From IMG/VR virus record IMGVR_UViG_3300005674_000175: a stretch of 20,000 bases of DNA, one strand, 5' to 3'. This document shows, one piece after another, positions 17,313 through 20,000 of this stretch; the stretch's first letter is position 1; each line of letters begins with the position of its first letter. The DNA is from an uncultured virus (IMG/VR IMGVR_UViG_3300005674_000175). Taxonomy: Duplodnaviria > Heunggongvirae > Uroviricota > Caudoviricetes. The position numbers were made by a program, and so were the translations under genes. The notes beneath the pieces were generated by a model, which saw only the letters and a program-made list of their open reading frames with translations, had not been told where the DNA came from and made no database searches.

Positions 17313-17711
17313 ATGGTTGGCTTCCTTATTAGAATATTTGGAACAAAAGATTGTGAACGTTGCCAGTCTATCGTAAAAGCATTTGAGTATCATGGCTTTC
17401 CTTTTGAATACATTGATGCTGATGCTCCTGAAAACGAAGAGCTGTGCGACAAGTATCATGTAGATGAGTTGCCTCATGTTCAGGCAATGTATGATGATAA
17501 CAGTAAGGTTTTTTATACGCATATTGGCTATATAAGCCCAATACTCTTTATTGAAAAAGCTCAAGAGCATACAAAACAGTTAGAAGAGTTTTTCAATGCG
17601 AATCTTGAGGCTGCATCAAAGAATATTGACATAGAAAGAATAAAGAGGCAGGCAAATGAGTCAAGACCAAGGCCAAAGCCTTGTGCAGGGTGCAAGAAAA
17701 ATCTTTCTTAA
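17313..17711 (+). CDS. Thioredoxin/glutaredoxin-like protein
   Basis: IFGTKDCERC, YIDAD, YHVDELPHV (cis-Pro position); C-terminal CAGC; AAGGA RBS before ATG 17313. Confidence 0.8.
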   Translation: MVGFLIRIFGTKDCERCQSIVKAFEYHGFPFEYIDADAPENEELCDKYHVDELPHVQAMYDDNSKVFYTHIGYISPILFIEKAQEHTKQLEEFFNANLEAASKNIDIERIKRQANESRPRPKPCAGCKKNLS

Positions 17712-19620
17712 TCCTGAGCAACAAGAAGCAGTAGATCATGTGCAGGGACCGTGCTTTGTTTGCGCTTGCCCTGGTTCTGGTAAAACCAGAGTTATAGTTG
17801 AGCGAGTATTTAGTCTCATAGATAAAGGGTTTAGCCCTCGTAGTCTTCTTTGTATTACGTTTACAAATAAGGCTGCAAATGAGATGAAAGAAAGAATCTG
17901 CAAAAAACTAGGCACTACTGGTCAAGATATTTACATTAGCACTTTCCACGCCCTATGCGCCACGATATTGAGAAAATACGGCGGTTCTATTGGTTATGGA
18001 CTTAATACGACAATCCTTGATGATGACGATCAGGAAGGATTGATGGCTCAATGCGCTAGACAAGCCGGATTTGAATGGAATGCTAAGCAGATCAGGGATC
18101 TTCTATACAAGGTCAATAATTTACGAGAAAGCCTTACTAAAGATGATGAAATTGTTGATAATTTCAAGATTAGAGAAGAGGGAGAGATTTGCTTAGAGTA
18201 TATCAAAAGAATGAGGAGAAACAATCAGATAGATTTTAGCGGTCTTCTATCTGAAACTGTAAGACTTCTTGAAAAGGATCAAGAAGTGCTTAACAAACTT
18301 CAGACTCGTTTTGATTTTATTCAAGTTGATGAGGCGCAAGACACAAACTATGCACAGTTTAGGATTGTGCAGCTTATAGGCGCTCATAATAACGTTCTCA
18401 TAGTTGGAGATCCGGATCAGGGTATCTATTCTTGGAGAGGCGCAAGATACCAGAACATCGAGGACTTTGTTTCGCAAAATAAGGCAAAGGTTATTGGTTT
18501 ACCAAGGAACTATAGGTCTACTCCTGAGATTATTACAACAGCGTCCAATCTTATCAAGTTCAATAAGAACAGGCAGCAAAAGTTGGAGTTTAGAACTGAT
18601 AATCCTAACGGGAAGCCTGTTGAATGTTATTGTCTTCCAACGCCAGAACAAGAAGGTGCATGGATTGCTCATAAGATAAGCGATATGATTGAGAAAGAGG
18701 GATATAAGCCTCATGACTTTGCAGTTCTTTACAGAGTCAATGCTATGTCTAGGGCTATTGAGCAAGGAATGATTACTTGCGGATTGTCTTATCAAATTAT
18801 TGGAGGTTTTAGCTTCTTTGACCGAACCGAAATCAAAGATTGTTTGGCGATGCTTCGATTCCTTGTTAATCCTTTTGATGGAACCGCCTTGGCTCGGTTT
18901 ATTCAAAAACCATCTAGAAGAATTGGAGAAGTTGCTATTGGAAAGATAGAAAACTTTGCTGATGAAAATGGAATCAATCTAATAGAATCAATGAAGAGAG
19001 CTGGTGAGTATTTTACAACCGGCCACGATAGGGCTAGAGTTATTAAGGGATGCGAAGAGGTTGTTAAGGCTTTTGATTTCAATAGAGATGGCATGTCTAT
19101 TGGAGAGGTGCTGCATAACCTTGTTACTAGACTTGATTATTATAAGTTTTTGGAGTCTAAGTATGAGTCCAAAGAGCTTGATGATAGGAAAGATAACGTA
19201 CAAGAACTTATAAACGCTTGCGCCTTGTATACTCAACAAAGAAACAATAGTATAGCCGAATATTTAGCTTCTATTGCTTTGCAAACTTCGGCTGATAAGA
19301 AGACTGAAGAGAACTGCGTTTCTCTTATGTCTTTGCATGCTTCTAAGGGTCTTGAATTCCCGGTCGTATTTATGCCGGGACTAGAAGAGGGACAGCTTCC
19401 TCACAAGAGAGCCTTGATGGAAAGAGACGGCCTTGATGAGGAAAGAAGGCTTTGTTATGTTGGCATGACTAGGGCAGAGAAGAGACTTTTCGTATCTTAT
19501 GCGGATGCGAGAATGCAGAAGTATCAAAACGGCGCTGTTCAGTTTGCGAATAGTAAGAGAAGTAGATTTTTGGATGAATCTGGTTTAGCGCAAGGTATCA
19601 AAAAGCTCCGCGCAAGTTAA
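17656..19620 (+). CDS. UvrD/PcrA-family SF1 helicase
   Basis: LNPEQQEAV, ACPGSGKT, TFTNKAA, STFHAL, VDEAQD, VGDPDQGIYSWRGA, NYRS, LHASKGLEF, EERRLCYVGMTRA. Confidence 0.96.
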   Translation: MSQDQGQSLVQGARKIFLNPEQQEAVDHVQGPCFVCACPGSGKTRVIVERVFSLIDKGFSPRSLLCITFTNKAANEMKERICKKLGTTGQDIYISTFHALCATILRKYGGSIGYGLNTTILDDDDQEGLMAQCARQAGFEWNAKQIRDLLYKVNNLRESLTKDDEIVDNFKIREEGEICLEYIKRMRRNNQIDFSGLLSETVRLLEKDQEVLNKLQTRFDFIQVDEAQDTNYAQFRIVQLIGAHNNVLIVGDPDQGIYSWRGARYQNIEDFVSQNKAKVIGLPRNYRSTPEIITTASNLIKFNKNRQQKLEFRTDNPNGKPVECYCLPTPEQEGAWIAHKISDMIEKEGYKPHDFAVLYRVNAMSRAIEQGMITCGLSYQIIGGFSFFDRTEIKDCLAMLRFLVNPFDGTALARFIQKPSRRIGEVAIGKIENFADENGINLIESMKRAGEYFTTGHDRARVIKGCEEVVKAFDFNRDGMSIGEVLHNLVTRLDYYKFLESKYESKELDDRKDNVQELINACALYTQQRNNSIAEYLASIALQTSADKKTEENCVSLMSLHASKGLEFPVVFMPGLEEGQLPHKRALMERDGLDEERRLCYVGMTRAEKRLFVSYADARMQKYQNGAVQFANSKRSRFLDESGLAQGIKKLRAS

Positions 19621-19660
19621 CTCGTATCTCCTGTCGATACTCCTGATGAAGGAGAATCAC

Positions 19661-20000
19661 TTGAGCTACGAACTAATATGCGATAATGTAATTGACGGTC
19701 TCGGACAAGTCAAATCAAAATCTGTTCATAGTATTATTACGTCTCCTCCATACTATAATCTTAGAGATTATGAGTATGGTTCTCAAATAGGCCTTGAAAA
19801 AACTCCTGAAGAGTACGTTGAAAGGCTTGTTTCTGTTTTTTCTGCTGCAAAAAACGTTCTTAGAGATGATGGTACTGTTTGGCTCAATGTTGGAGACACA
19901 TACGCTTTTTCGAAGGGTAATGGCTATAAAAAGGGAGACTTGCTCGGGGTTCCTTGGATGTTGGCGTTCGCCCTAAGAAAAGATGGATGGTTTTTGAAGA
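19661..20000 (+). CDS. DNA methyltransferase, N4-cytosine-like (beta class), 3'-truncated; missing from ORF track
   Basis: AAGGAG then TTG at 19661; reads (M)SYELICDNVIDGL...SIITSPPYYNLRDY...QIGLEKTPEEYVERLVSVF...LRDDGTVWLNVGDTY...GVPWMLAFALRKDGWFL to the window end. Confidence 0.92.
   Translation, partial: MSYELICDNVIDGLGQVKSKSVHSIITSPPYYNLRDYEYGSQIGLEKTPEEYVERLVSVFSAAKNVLRDDGTVWLNVGDTYAFSKGNGYKKGDLLGVPWMLAFALRKDGWFLK

Noticed and set aside
19794..19976. 60-aa ORF in the track
   Set aside because: Out of frame within the methyltransferase starting at 19661.
1..20000. Stop-codon reassignment explaining the gene splits
   Set aside because: Long ORFs are intact in the standard code, and TAA, TGA and TAG all end genes.

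Overview
AT-rich, densely packed, almost entirely + strand window that reads as the DNA replication/recombination module of a large bacteriophage (inferred from gene content and operon style). It encodes three DNA methyltransferases, a gp32-like SSB, a divergent RecA, a DnaG-type primase lacking its zinc-binding domain, a Cas4-like exonuclease, a SpoVS homologue, a Gam/Gp157-like protein, sulfotransferase-like, YkgJ and thioredoxin-like proteins, and a UvrD/PcrA helicase. Two features stand out. (1) The DnaE polymerase is split into two genes right before the catalytic PDIDxD motif, with no split intein or intron. A degenerate nuclease plus a Dam-like methylase lie between the halves, the C-half appears to start with a diverged second copy of the segment ending the N-half, and the PHP domain carries a LAGLIDADG intein. 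(2) An antisense Zn-finger/HNH-like endonuclease gene sits at the centre of an 18-bp palindrome (probable ancestral terminator) between ssb and recA, and its own 3' end supplies a replacement hairpin arm. Also seen: a recurring G(T/A)CGA intergenic motif resembling a sigma-28 -10 box, and a long GAG-periodic ssb leader with mini-ORFs. All family calls come from motif recognition by eye; no database searches were run.
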